DNA of 64,000 bases, from NCBI GenBank assembly GCA_030650425.1, contig JAUSED010000009.1, positions 223,002 to 287,001 on the forward strand. The letters run 5' to 3'. Positions 8,360-17,134 of the stretch are shown here, one piece after another. Positions within the stretch are counted from its first letter, which is position 1. Each line of letters opens with the position of its first letter. This DNA is from Candidatus Omnitrophota bacterium. Lineage in GTDB: Bacteria; Omnitrophota; Gorgyraeia; Gygaellales; Profunditerraquicolaceae. The translations under genes were made by a program, and so were the position numbers. The notes beneath the pieces were generated by a model that searched no databases, was not told where the DNA came from, and saw only the letters and a list, made by a program, of their open reading frames with translations.

Positions 8360-9402
8360 AGTTGCTTAAATTCATCCTGATTCTTAACTTTAGCAAGCGC
8401 TACATCCAAAGTGATTAAACCCTGCTTAATCAGCTCCTTTAAACATTTATCCATCGTCCTCATCCCATATTGCGAACCTGTCTGCATAAGCGTAGGTATC
8501 TGTTCAACTTCTTGTTCGCGGATCAGATTTCTTATGCCGGAAGTAGCAACCATTACCTCCGTAGCCAGCACCCTGCCCTTACCTGACGAATGCGGAAGCA
8601 ATAATTGCGAAACCACGCCCTGCAAGCAGTCAGCCAACTGCAGCTTAACCTGTTGTTGTTGATGCGGAGGAAATACATCGATAATTCTTTCAATGGTTTG
8701 CGGCGCATCCGGCGTATGCAGGGTCGCCAGAACCAAGTGGCCTGTTTCCGCCGCGGTCAAGGCTGTGGATATAGTTTCCAGATCCCGCATTTCGCCTACC
8801 ACAATTACATTGGGATCCTGGCGCAGCGTGTGCTTCAAGGCATCGGCAAAAGAACGCGTATCTGAATAAACTTCCCTCTGTTTAATCACGCTTTTTTTAT
8901 TTGTAAAAATAAACTCGATCGGATCTTCAATACACATAATCAGGCATTCTCGTTCATGGTTGATCAAATCAATCATCGTAGCCAGAGTAGTGGTTTTGCC
9001 CATACCGGTAGGCCCGGTAACCAAAACTAAGCCGTTTGGCCGGCGGGCTAAATCGCTGATAATCTCAGGGAGCCCAAGCTTCGCGATGGTAGGGATTTCT
9101 AATGGCACGCGCCTAAATGCCGCTTCAGGAGAGCCTTTCTGTAAATGGACATTCACCCGAAACCTGTCTAAGCCCGGAAGGGCGAGTGAAAAATCAAGCT
9201 CAAGATCTTTTTCAAAGGCCTCTTTTTGGGCATTAGATAAAATACCATAGATCATCTTCTTTAAGCCCTCTTTATCCAGACGCGCTAAAGATGTACGCTG
9301 AAGAAGGCCGTCAATGCGCAAAATCGGAGGCTCATTCTCGGTTATATGTAAATCAGAAGCTCCTTTTTCGATGCACATTAAAAGTAATTCCCTTATTTCC
9401 AT
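8356..9402 (-). CDS. pilT: twitching motility ATPase PilT (type IV pilus retraction)
   Basis: Walker A GPTGMGKTTT and PilT family signature regions. The ORF-track start is TTG at 9429; ATG at 9402 with an AAGGAGG Shine-Dalgarno 5 nt upstream is the more likely start. Confidence 0.85.
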   Translation of the reverse strand: MEIRELLLMCIEKGASDLHITENEPPILRIDGLLQRTSLARLDKEGLKKMIYGILSNAQKEAFEKDLELDFSLALPGLDRFRVNVHLQKGSPEAAFRRVPLEIPTIAKLGLPEIISDLARRPNGLVLVTGPTGMGKTTTLATMIDLINHERECLIMCIEDPIEFIFTNKKSVIKQREVYSDTRSFADALKHTLRQDPNVIVVGEMRDLETISTALTAAETGHLVLATLHTPDAPQTIERIIDVFPPHQQQQVKLQLADCLQGVVSQLLLPHSSGKGRVLATEVMVATSGIRNLIREQEVEQIPTLMQTGSQYGMRTMDKCLKELIKQGLITLDVALAKVKNQDEFKQL

Positions 9403-9483
9403 ACTTGCCTCCTTAATGAGCCCAGCCAAAGGCGGGGCGATTTAACTTAGTAAAACACTTCGGCTGCCAAAAGAAATCCTGTC

Positions 9484-9567
9484 GTAGGGGACACTTTCCT
9501 TTAAAGAATTCCCAATAGCTTTGGCGGAAAATGTCCCCTGCGACTCGGAAAATGTCCCCTGCGACTT
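9484..9567. repeat. Family-A 13-bp unit array (1 forward + 2 reverse copies; the reverse copies lie in two 21-bp tandem repeats)
   Basis: gtaggggacactttcc at 9484-9499; ggaaaatgtcccctgcgact(c/t) x2 at 9526-9567. Intergenic between leuC-like and pilT. Confidence 0.75.
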
Positions 9568-9570
9568 TAT

Positions 9571-10824
9571 TTAGAGAAATATTTCCGGGTCTGTAATGCG
9601 GCCTTTTATCGCCGAAGCAGCCACGGTTGCCGGAGAAGCTAAATATATAAAAGCATTGGGATTACCCATTCTTCCCTTAAAATTCCGATTTGCGGTAGAT
9701 ATGACTATTTCTCCATCAGCAGGTATACCGCTATGTGTCCCTACGCATGGCCCGCATCCCGGAGCTAAAATTACTCCACCGGCTTCAATGAATGTATTTA
9801 CTAATCTTAACTTGATCGCTTCCAGCAATACTGCGCGCGAACTAGGGGCGATAATCAACTTTACCCCGGGAGCCACTTTCTTACCTTTTAGTATTCTAGC
9901 AGCAATTTGTAAATCTTGCAACCTGCCATTTGTACAAGTCCCCAAGAATGCTTCGTTTATCTTTACACTTTTTAGTTCTATCGCCGGCCTGGCGTTATCT
10001 ACGACATGAGGCAAAGCTACCTGGGCCTTAAGGCCTGATATATCAAACTCTAAAACTTTTTCATACACCGCGCCTTCATCCGCAAAAATAGATTTTATTT
10101 TACTTTTGGCAACCCCCCGCGAATTTAACCATTCTAGGGTTATTTGATCGAGCGGCATAAACCCGGCTTTGGCGCCCATCTCAACCGCCATATTACTCAT
10201 CGTAAACCTGCCATCCATATCCATCCTATCAATTACCGGACCGCAAAATTCTACTGCTTTATAAGTGGCTCCATCCGCGCCAATTTCTTTAATAATATGC
10301 AGGATTATATCTTTGGCGAATAGAGACTTAGAGAGCTTCCCCTTAACGATAATCTTGATCGTTTCCGGAACTTTAAACCAATTTTTCCCGGTGGCTAAAG
10401 TAATCGCTAAATCCGTCGAGCCTACACCCGTAGAAAAAGCGGTTAAGGCCCCGTAAGTACAGGTATGCGAATCCGCGCCCAAAACTAAATCTCCCGGCAG
10501 AACCTCTCCAGATTCAGGAATTACCTGATGGCAGACGCCACAACCGATATCAAAAATATCCTGATCATAATCTTTGGCAAAGGATCGCATTTTCTTGTGC
10601 ACTTTAGATACGCCTTCGCTTGGGCTTGGGGCGCTATGGTCAATCACCATACAGAAGTCAGTTTTTAAATTCTTCACGCCCAACTCCTTGATTCGGTCAA
10701 TGATAATCGAGCTTGTCCCGTCCTGGCCAAAGGTAAAATCTACCTTGCATAGCGCGAAGTCGCCTGCTCTCAGGTCCCTGCCGGCGTGAGCGCCCAATAT
10801 TTTTTCAGCTATTGTTTTTTTCAT
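9571..10824 (-). CDS. 3-isopropylmalate/(homo)aconitate dehydratase large subunit (LeuC-like, archaeal-type ~420 aa)
   Basis: Aconitase family catalytic domain; Cys ligands ...GTCTNGR... and ...PGCGPCVG... Confidence 0.75.
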   Translation of the reverse strand: MKKTIAEKILGAHAGRDLRAGDFALCKVDFTFGQDGTSSIIIDRIKELGVKNLKTDFCMVIDHSAPSPSEGVSKVHKKMRSFAKDYDQDIFDIGCGVCHQVIPESGEVLPGDLVLGADSHTCTYGALTAFSTGVGSTDLAITLATGKNWFKVPETIKIIVKGKLSKSLFAKDIILHIIKEIGADGATYKAVEFCGPVIDRMDMDGRFTMSNMAVEMGAKAGFMPLDQITLEWLNSRGVAKSKIKSIFADEGAVYEKVLEFDISGLKAQVALPHVVDNARPAIELKSVKINEAFLGTCTNGRLQDLQIAARILKGKKVAPGVKLIIAPSSRAVLLEAIKLRLVNTFIEAGGVILAPGCGPCVGTHSGIPADGEIVISTANRNFKGRMGNPNAFIYLASPATVAASAIKGRITDPEIFL

Positions 10825-10860
10825 TTATAGTTCGTTCATTAAACGTATCTCGACGAAGCC

Positions 10861-10967
10861 GTAGGGGACACTTTCCTTTGCGTCAGAAAGGGACATTTTC
10901 CTTTTGAAGTACTAGTTAGAGCCCTGACGGAAAGTGTCCCTTTCTGCAGAGGTTGGAAAATGTCCCC
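10861..10967. repeat. Family-A 13-bp unit array (2 forward + 2 reverse copies)
   Basis: gtaggggacactttcc 10861-10876; gggacattttcc 10890-10901; ccctgacggaaagtgtccc 10922-10940; ggaaaatgtcccc 10955-10967. Intergenic between the aminotransferase and leuC-like genes. Confidence 0.75.
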
Positions 10968-10978
10968 TGCGGATCTAT

Positions 10979-12154
10979 CTAAAACCCATTCAGCCATTCT
11001 TCTAACCTATCCATTCCCTTTTTTAGATTTTCAAGGCTGGCAGCAAAGCTTATGCGTATGTAATCATCCGCACCAAACCCATTTCCGGGAATTACGCTTA
11101 AATATTTTTCATCCAAAAGCCGGTTAGCGACATCTATAGAAGTCAAGCCGGTATTGGATATGTCACAAAAAATATAGAAAGCGCCTTGCGGAATAACCGG
11201 ATTAATTTTCGGCATGTTCTTTAGCCGGTTAATACAATAGTCACGCCTTTCTTGAAATTGAACGCGGATTTTTTTATAGAAATCATCCGGAGCGCCTAAG
11301 GCGGCGATCCCGGCCTTCTGGGCAATGGAGTTGGTATTCGATGTTGAATGATCTTGCAGCCGCGCTATCGCCTCAGCCACAACAACCGGCGCGCCTAAAT
11401 AACCGAGGCGCCATCCGGTCATCGAAAAACTTTTAGAAAACCCGTTGATTGTAATCGTTAAATCATAAATATCTTTACCAAAACTGGCTATAGAAACGTG
11501 TTTTAATCCGTCGTAAATCAGCTTCTCGTAAATCTCATCGCTGATTACAAAAATCTTATTTTCTACGCATATTTCGGAAATCCGCCTTAATTCCTCCTCT
11601 GTATATACGCAACCTGTCGGATTCGCGGGGCTGTTTAAGATAAGGGCTTTTGTCTTGGAGTTAATATGCCTGCTTAGCTCTTGCGCCCTTACTTTAAAAT
11701 TATTCTTGGCTTGCGTTTCGATAAACCGGGGCAAACCTTCGCAAAGATTAACCATTTCAGGATAGCTTACCCAATAAGGAGACGGAATTAATACTTCATC
11801 CCCGGGATTAATTAAGACTAAAAAGGTATTAAATATGCTATGCTTAGCCCCGCAAGAAACCACTATTTGATTGGGGGCATACTCTAGAGAATTATCTTTT
11901 TTAAACTTTTCAGAGATTAATTTCTTTAATTCCGGGATACCGGTGGTAGGGGTGTATTTGGTGAAACCTGCTTGAATAGCTTCGACTGCGGCTTGCTTGA
12001 CAAAATCAGGAGTATCAAAATCCGGCTCTCCCGCGGCCAAACTTACTATATCAAACCCTTCAGACTTTAGCTTCTTGGCTTTTGAGGTTATAGCAAGAGT
12101 CGAAGATGGCTTTACTTTCTTTAAACGGCTAGCTAACCTCGCTTCTATGCCCAT
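10979..12154 (-). CDS. class I/II pyridoxal-phosphate aminotransferase (aspartate aminotransferase-like)
   Basis: ...AAGEPDFDTPDFVKQAAVEAI... and a conserved SKSFSMTGWRLGY lysine region. Confidence 0.8.
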   Translation of the reverse strand: MGIEARLASRLKKVKPSSTLAITSKAKKLKSEGFDIVSLAAGEPDFDTPDFVKQAAVEAIQAGFTKYTPTTGIPELKKLISEKFKKDNSLEYAPNQIVVSCGAKHSIFNTFLVLINPGDEVLIPSPYWVSYPEMVNLCEGLPRFIETQAKNNFKVRAQELSRHINSKTKALILNSPANPTGCVYTEEELRRISEICVENKIFVISDEIYEKLIYDGLKHVSIASFGKDIYDLTITINGFSKSFSMTGWRLGYLGAPVVVAEAIARLQDHSTSNTNSIAQKAGIAALGAPDDFYKKIRVQFQERRDYCINRLKNMPKINPVIPQGAFYIFCDISNTGLTSIDVANRLLDEKYLSVIPGNGFGADDYIRISFAASLENLKKGMDRLEEWLNGF

Positions 12155-12169
12155 AGGTAAGAAGTAGTT

Positions 12170-12739
12170 TTATAAAGAATCCCTTTCTTTCTTGAATATA
12201 TTTCTTATTCCTCCTAAGAATTTCTTGACAGGCTTTTTGGTAACCGGAGGTTTTTCTTTAAGCATGGATTCCTGAGCTTCAGCCTTCTTTTCTTCAACCT
12301 CTGCCTTAGGAGCCACTTCAGTAGATTCTTTAACTTCTTCCCCTTTAGTTTCCTTTACCTTCTTGACTTTTTTTACTTTAGGCTTTAGCTCGGTAAGTTC
12401 AAAAATAACGATCTTCGCGTCATCGCCCCTGCGCTTGGTTAAATTAATAATCCGGGTATAGCCGCTCGCCCTTTTGGCAAAACGCGGTCCGATCTCATTA
12501 AAAAGGAGAGCCACCAGCTTGTGATCGCCTAAAATAGCAAACGCCTCCCTTTTCGCGCTCAAGGTATTCTTTTTTGCTAAAGCAACTAATTTTTCCGCTA
12601 AAGGCCTGACAGCCTTAGCCCTGGCTAACGTAGTCCGCATACTCTCATAGATAACCAGATTCCTTGCTAAGCTCCTAAGCGTAGCTTCATGCCAACTAGT
12701 GAAACGATTTAGTTTCAACCTTCTTTTTTTATGTCGCAT
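12170..12739 (-). CDS. rplQ: 50S ribosomal protein L17 with a ~65-aa Lys/Glu-rich C-terminal extension
   Basis: MRHKKRRLKLNRFTSWHEATLRSLARNL... is L17; the tail KPKVKKVKKVKETKGEEVKE... is an extension. Confidence 0.85.
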   Translation of the reverse strand: MRHKKRRLKLNRFTSWHEATLRSLARNLVIYESMRTTLARAKAVRPLAEKLVALAKKNTLSAKREAFAILGDHKLVALLFNEIGPRFAKRASGYTRIINLTKRRGDDAKIVIFELTELKPKVKKVKKVKETKGEEVKESTEVAPKAEVEEKKAEAQESMLKEKPPVTKKPVKKFLGGIRNIFKKERDSL

Positions 12740-12743
12740 ATTT

Positions 12744-13736
12744 TTAAGCTTTCTTTATTTTTTTAGGATCAACTTGCATCCCTAAGGTCAGCCCCATACC
12801 CATAAGCAGCTCTTTTATTTCGGTCAATGATTTCTTTCCGAAATTCTTAAAGCTGAGCATCTCATCTTCTGTCTTCTTAACCAAATCCGCGATAATCCTG
12901 ATCCCTGCTTCTCTCAAACAATTTGAGCTGCGCACGGATAACTCTAGCTCTGAAATCGGTAACCTTAGTTTCTCATACAGGACTATTTCTTCCTTAGTCA
13001 TCTCTAGCTCTTCTTCGGCGATATCTTCGGGTAACTGCCCGAAATTAACGAATATATCGAGATGCCTCTGAAGTATATTTGAAGCGTATAATAAAGCATC
13101 CTTAGGGCTGATCGCGCCGTTGGTGAATACCTCCAGGATTAACTTATCATAGTCTGTGCGCTGTCCAACGCGGGTATTCTCCACGAAGAAGTTAACCTTT
13201 TTGATCGGTGTAAATACCGCATCAACCGGGATAACCCCTATTTCCTTATCTTCTTTTTTATTCGACTCGGCGGGAACGTAACCCCGTCCACGTGAAACTT
13301 CCATCTCAATATTCAACTTTGTATCCTTAGTCAAGGTGGCGATATGTAAATCAGGGTTGATAATTTCGATGGTCTCATCTACCTCGATATCTTTAGCCTT
13401 GATTTCGCCCTTAGAACTGGCTTTGATATATATACTCTTAGGAATCTTTGAATGTGAATTCAAAACCAGGCTTTTAATGTTCAGGATAAGCTCAGGGATA
13501 TCCTCTAAGACTCCGGGAATGGCAGAAAACTCATGCTGGACTCCGGAAACCTTAACACTCGTTACCGCGCTTCCTTCAATTGAAGAAAATAATACCCTTC
13601 TTAAGGAATTACCAAGAGTTACGCCATAGCCTCTTTCAAAGGGTGCTGCGGAAAACTTCCCGTAGGTATTAGTATAGCTTGCCTCATCACACTCAAGCCT
13701 CTTTGGTAGTTGAAAATCTCTCCATTTTATTCCCAT
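12744..13736 (-). CDS. rpoA: DNA-directed RNA polymerase subunit alpha
   Basis: N-terminal and C-terminal RpoA domains; position between rpsD and rplQ. Confidence 0.9.
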   Translation of the reverse strand: MGIKWRDFQLPKRLECDEASYTNTYGKFSAAPFERGYGVTLGNSLRRVLFSSIEGSAVTSVKVSGVQHEFSAIPGVLEDIPELILNIKSLVLNSHSKIPKSIYIKASSKGEIKAKDIEVDETIEIINPDLHIATLTKDTKLNIEMEVSRGRGYVPAESNKKEDKEIGVIPVDAVFTPIKKVNFFVENTRVGQRTDYDKLILEVFTNGAISPKDALLYASNILQRHLDIFVNFGQLPEDIAEEELEMTKEEIVLYEKLRLPISELELSVRSSNCLREAGIRIIADLVKKTEDEMLSFKNFGKKSLTEIKELLMGMGLTLGMQVDPKKIKKA

Positions 13737-13787
13737 CTATTTTTCCTCCTGAAAGGTGCGTGATACTAGGTACACTATATCTGTCAA

Positions 13788-14423
13788 TTACTTAGAATAC
13801 AACTCTACGATCAACTGCTCTTGAATCGTCTGTTGAATATCATCTCTATCCGGTAATCTTAGAACTTTAGCGCTTAAATCTGCCGAATTAAATTCAAGCC
13901 AGGTTGGAATAGTCCTGTCTTTTGCTAATTCCAGATTTTCTTTAAGTTTCTTTTGGGCCTTTTCCTTAGCCTTAACCTGAATAATATCTCCCTGAGCAAT
14001 GAAGTAAGATGGAATGTTAACCCGGCGCGCATTCACGGAGATCAAGTTATGCCTGACAATTTGCCTGGCCTGCGCCCGCGAAAGGCCAAGTCCCATACGA
14101 AAAACTACATTATCGAGCCTTCTCTCCAATAATTGCAAGAGGATCTTTCCGGTAACCCCTTTGGATTTTGAAGCGATTTGAAAATAGCGGCGGAACTGTT
14201 TCTCTAAAACGCCGTAGATCCTTTTTACTTTTTGTTTCTCTTTCAACTGCAGGCCGTAGTTGGAGAGCTTGCTCCTGCGCTTGCCTCCCTGGCCGTGCTG
14301 TCCCGGCGGATAAGCCCTTTTAGTTACGGCGCACTTTTCCGTTGTGCAGCGCGTACCCTTTAAAAAAAGCTTCTCTCCCTGCCTGCGGCACAACCTGCAA
14401 ACAGCATCAATATAGCGTGCCAT
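13788..14423 (-). CDS. rpsD: 30S ribosomal protein S4
   Basis: [26 protein letters not shown]... zinc-finger N-terminus of S4. Confidence 0.9.
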   Translation of the reverse strand: MARYIDAVCRLCRRQGEKLFLKGTRCTTEKCAVTKRAYPPGQHGQGGKRRSKLSNYGLQLKEKQKVKRIYGVLEKQFRRYFQIASKSKGVTGKILLQLLERRLDNVVFRMGLGLSRAQARQIVRHNLISVNARRVNIPSYFIAQGDIIQVKAKEKAQKKLKENLELAKDRTIPTWLEFNSADLSAKVLRLPDRDDIQQTIQEQLIVELYSK

Positions 14424-14426
14424 AAA

Positions 14427-14816
14427 TTACACTCTCCTTTTCTTCTTCGGACGACATCCGTTATGCGGTATAGGAGTAACGTCTTTGATTAAAGTTATGA
14501 TTAAGCCTGCAGCCTGAAGCGCCCTGATAGCGCTCTCACGGCCAAAACCCGGCCCTTTCACGCGTACCTCCACGTCCTTAATCCCGATCTCTTTGGCTTT
14601 TCTCGCCGCGTCAGCAGCGGCAATCTGGGCCGCAAACGGTGTAGATTTCTTTGAGCCGCTATAACCTACAATGCCCGGAGCAGACCAAACAAGCACATTC
14701 CCCTGCTTATCGGTTATGGTTATAATTGTATTATTAAAACTTGCCTGAATATGGGCAATCCCGGAACTTACCCCTCTGGCTATCTTCTTCTTTTTTGCCC
14801 TTTCTTTTGTCGCCAT
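14427..14816 (-). CDS. rpsK: 30S ribosomal protein S11
   Basis: S11 signature ...[11 protein letters not shown]...; operon position. Confidence 0.9.
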   Translation of the reverse strand: MATKERAKKKKIARGVSSGIAHIQASFNNTIITITDKQGNVLVWSAPGIVGYSGSKKSTPFAAQIAAADAARKAKEIGIKDVEVRVKGPGFGRESAIRALQAAGLIITLIKDVTPIPHNGCRPKKKRRV

Positions 14817-14830
14817 TAAATTTTCTCCTT

Positions 14831-14860
14831 TAATGAGCCCCGCCGTTGGCGGGGCGAATT
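14831..14860 (-). promoter_or_regulatory. GC-rich hairpin CCCCGCC-gttg-GCGGGG immediately upstream of the rpsK Shine-Dalgarno (family D)
   Basis: taatgagccccgccgttggcggggcgaatt; the same module recurs at 9414-9443 and 49821-49869. Confidence 0.6.
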
Positions 14861-14889
14861 AAGTTCGGCCAAATAAATTATGGCCTCAC

Positions 14890-15300
14890 TTATTTCGCCG
14901 GCTTTGCCGCTGCCTTGGCTGGTTCCGCTTTCTTGATTATCGCCATATTGCCCCTGCGCGGGCCTTTTCTCGTTCTGGCATTAGTGCGCGTGCGCTGTCC
15001 TCTTGCCGGAAGCCCTTTTTTATGCCGTGAACCCCGATAAGAACCTATATCCATCAATCGCTTAATATTCTGTGAAATATCCCTGCGTAAATCACCTTCC
15101 AGCCGTAATCCGCTCTTTTGCAAAGTATTGGTAATCCGGGCGACCTCTTCTTCGCTTAAATCTTTGGCACGTTTAGATACATCGATATTTATTTCCTTAA
15201 GTATTTTATTAGCTAAGGCTCTACCTATACCATAAAGATAAGTCAAAGATATCTCAATCCGTTTTTCTTTTGGTATGTCAACACCCAATATTCTTGGCAT
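14890..15300 (-). CDS. rpsM: 30S ribosomal protein S13 (with a short Ala/Lys-rich C-terminal tail)
   Basis: [26 protein letters not shown]... is S13. Confidence 0.9.
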   Translation of the reverse strand: MPRILGVDIPKEKRIEISLTYLYGIGRALANKILKEINIDVSKRAKDLSEEEVARITNTLQKSGLRLEGDLRRDISQNIKRLMDIGSYRGSRHKKGLPARGQRTRTNARTRKGPRRGNMAIIKKAEPAKAAAKPAK

Positions 15301-15332
15301 TATCTTTCTCCTTTAACTATGAACTAATTAAT

Positions 15333-15446
15333 CTACCCCTGCCTCTGTTTATGCTTCGGATTAGAACAGATTACCCTGACTACCCCAGCTCTTCTAACCA
15401 CCTTGCACTTATCGCAAATTCGTCTTACCGATGCTTTTACTTTCAT
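15333..15446 (-). CDS. rpmJ: 50S ribosomal protein L36 (37 aa); not in the ORF track
   Basis: Manual minus-strand translation: [37 protein letters not shown]; zinc-ribbon CxxC...C...H L36 pattern; canonical position between infA and rpsM. Confidence 0.85.
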   Translation of the reverse strand: MKVKASVRRICDKCKVVRRAGVVRVICSNPKHKQRQG

Positions 15447-15496
15447 CCCGTTACAAACCTCCAAGTTCTTCACCCGTTACCCAGTTTGTAACGGGA
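15447..15496 (-). promoter_or_regulatory. Perfect 12-bp inverted repeat (CCCGTTACAAAC ... GTTTGTAACGGG) enclosing the rpmJ Shine-Dalgarno and abutting its start codon
   Basis: Left arm 15447-15458, right arm 15485-15496. A third partial copy (taacggg at ~15473-15479) allows an alternative smaller hairpin. Confidence 0.6.
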
Positions 15497-15502
15497 TTCA
15501 TT

Positions 15503-15721
15503 TTATTTCACCCTAAAGGTAATTCTTCCCCTGCTCAGATCATAAGGAGAAAGCTCTAATTTTACTTTATCTCCCGGTAAAATCCTAATAAAATTCATAC
15601 GCATCTTTCCCGATACATGCGCTAACACTATATGCCCGTTCTCCAGCTCAACCTTAAACATAGCATTTGGTAAAGCTTCAATGATTTTTCCTTCGGTTTC
15701 AATCAGTTCTTCTTTGGGCAT
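15503..15721 (-). CDS. infA: translation initiation factor IF-1
   Basis: ...[43 protein letters not shown]... is the IF-1 S1-like fold. Confidence 0.9.
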   Translation of the reverse strand: MPKEELIETEGKIIEALPNAMFKVELENGHIVLAHVSGKMRMNFIRILPGDKVKLELSPYDLSRGRITFRVK

Positions 15722-15730
15722 ATTTTATTA

Positions 15731-16477
15731 CTAACAGTTAGTTAAAATTTCAGGCCCTTTTGCGGTTATCGCCACTGTATGTTCAAAATGCGCTGAAGGA
15801 AGCCTATCCTGCGTAACCGCTGTCCAACCATTATCCAGAATCTCGGATTCCCAACCTCCCATATTCACCATCGGCTCAATTGCCAAAACCATTCCTTCCT
15901 TCAGCAGCGGTCCTTGATGAGGCTGGCCAAAATTAGGTATCTCGGGATCTTCGTGTAAACTTAAGCCTATCCCGTGGCCGACGAATTGCCGGACTACGGA
16001 AAATCCGCTCTCCTCAACGAGCCTCTGAATCCGGGCTGATATATCAAATAAACGGTTTCCTAGCTTCGCTTCTTTTATCCCTGCGGCTAAGGAATCACGG
16101 GCAACTTCAATAAGCTTTTTTACTTCCGGCGATATATTGCCTATCGGTATAGTGATCGCCGCGTCTGAGAAATAGCCTTGGTAATTTACGCCTAAATCTA
16201 TGCCTACAATATCACCTTCGGCTAATCTCCTATCCGAAGGAATTCCATGCACGATTTCTTCGTTAATCGAAGTGCATAATGTCGCAGGATATCCCCTGTA
16301 CCCCTTAAAAGCCGGCAAGGCATTATTGGCGAGTACCAGCTCTTCCGCTAAGGCGTTAATTTCACGGGTGGAAACTCCCGGAGCTACGTATTTTTCCAAT
16401 TCCCGCATTACCTTAGCCAGAATCGCGCCGCTGGTTTTAAGCATCCGAAGTTCGTCTTCAGACTTTAAGGGAATCAT
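15731..16477 (-). CDS. map: type I methionine aminopeptidase
   Basis: Metal ligand regions ...GDIVGIDLG..., ...FVGHGIG..., ...LAIEPM... Confidence 0.9.
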   Translation of the reverse strand: MIPLKSEDELRMLKTSGAILAKVMRELEKYVAPGVSTREINALAEELVLANNALPAFKGYRGYPATLCTSINEEIVHGIPSDRRLAEGDIVGIDLGVNYQGYFSDAAITIPIGNISPEVKKLIEVARDSLAAGIKEAKLGNRLFDISARIQRLVEESGFSVVRQFVGHGIGLSLHEDPEIPNFGQPHQGPLLKEGMVLAIEPMVNMGGWESEILDNGWTAVTQDRLPSAHFEHTVAITAKGPEILTNC

Positions 16478-17123
16478 GCAATTTTTTACTAAGAGCGATT
16501 ATCTCGTTAAGCACAGCTTCTGCCTCGCCATCGGCGCTCAGACGATACAATTTATTCTTTTGCTGATAGTATTTTATCAGGCCGGAATCCTCTTTTTTGT
16601 AAACCTCCAAACGCTTTTTAATCGTTTCTTCTTTGTCATCAGTTCTCTGAAAAAGTGAGGCTCCACACTTATCGCAGATGCCATTTTTATTTGGAGGCAT
16701 GTTTGTCTTGTGAAAATTCGCTCCGCAGGCGCTGCAAACCAATCTTCCTGACAACCTCTGGATAATCACGCTATCGCTAGAATCCAGATAGGCAACCATA
16801 TCTATATCTATATCCTTCTGCTTAAATATGCCCTCGAGAGTAATCGCCTGAGCAAGGTTTCGCGGATAACCGTCAAGGATAAAACCTTTCTTTACGTCTT
16901 GCTGGGTGAATCTTTCAAAAAGCATCTTACTCATCAACTCGTCTGGAACAAGCAAGCCGCGTTCCATAAAATCTTTAGCTTCTTTACCTAACGCCGTCCC
17001 TTCCAAAACATTCCGCCTTAAAATATCTCCGGTAGATATGTGGGCCAGGTTCATTTTATCCGCTAATCTTTTAGCTTGAGTACCTTTACCCGCGCCTGGA
17101 GGACCTAATAGGATAATTCTCAT
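16458..17123 (-). CDS. adk: adenylate kinase (zinc-binding LID type)
   Basis: P-loop GPPGAGKGTQ; LID with CSACG...CDKCG. Confidence 0.9.
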   Translation of the reverse strand: MRIILLGPPGAGKGTQAKRLADKMNLAHISTGDILRRNVLEGTALGKEAKDFMERGLLVPDELMSKMLFERFTQQDVKKGFILDGYPRNLAQAITLEGIFKQKDIDIDMVAYLDSSDSVIIQRLSGRLVCSACGANFHKTNMPPNKNGICDKCGASLFQRTDDKEETIKKRLEVYKKEDSGLIKYYQQKNKLYRLSADGEAEAVLNEIIALSKKLHDSLKV

Positions 17124-17134
17124 ATATTCCTTTG

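Noticed and set aside
6773-10824. Assigning the icd-like/leuC-like/leuD-like genes firmly to leucine biosynthesis
   Set aside because: No leuA or leuB-specific context. Neighbours are mdh and lpdA, and the subunit sizes match archaeal-type HacAB/LeuCD, which are hard to tell apart by eye. Kept as family-level calls.
1411-10967. CRISPR array interpretation of the GGAAAATGTCCCC repeats
   Set aside because: Units are only 13 bp and occur in both orientations within a locus. Spacers are irregular (8-27 bp) and partly themselves repeated. No cas genes are present.
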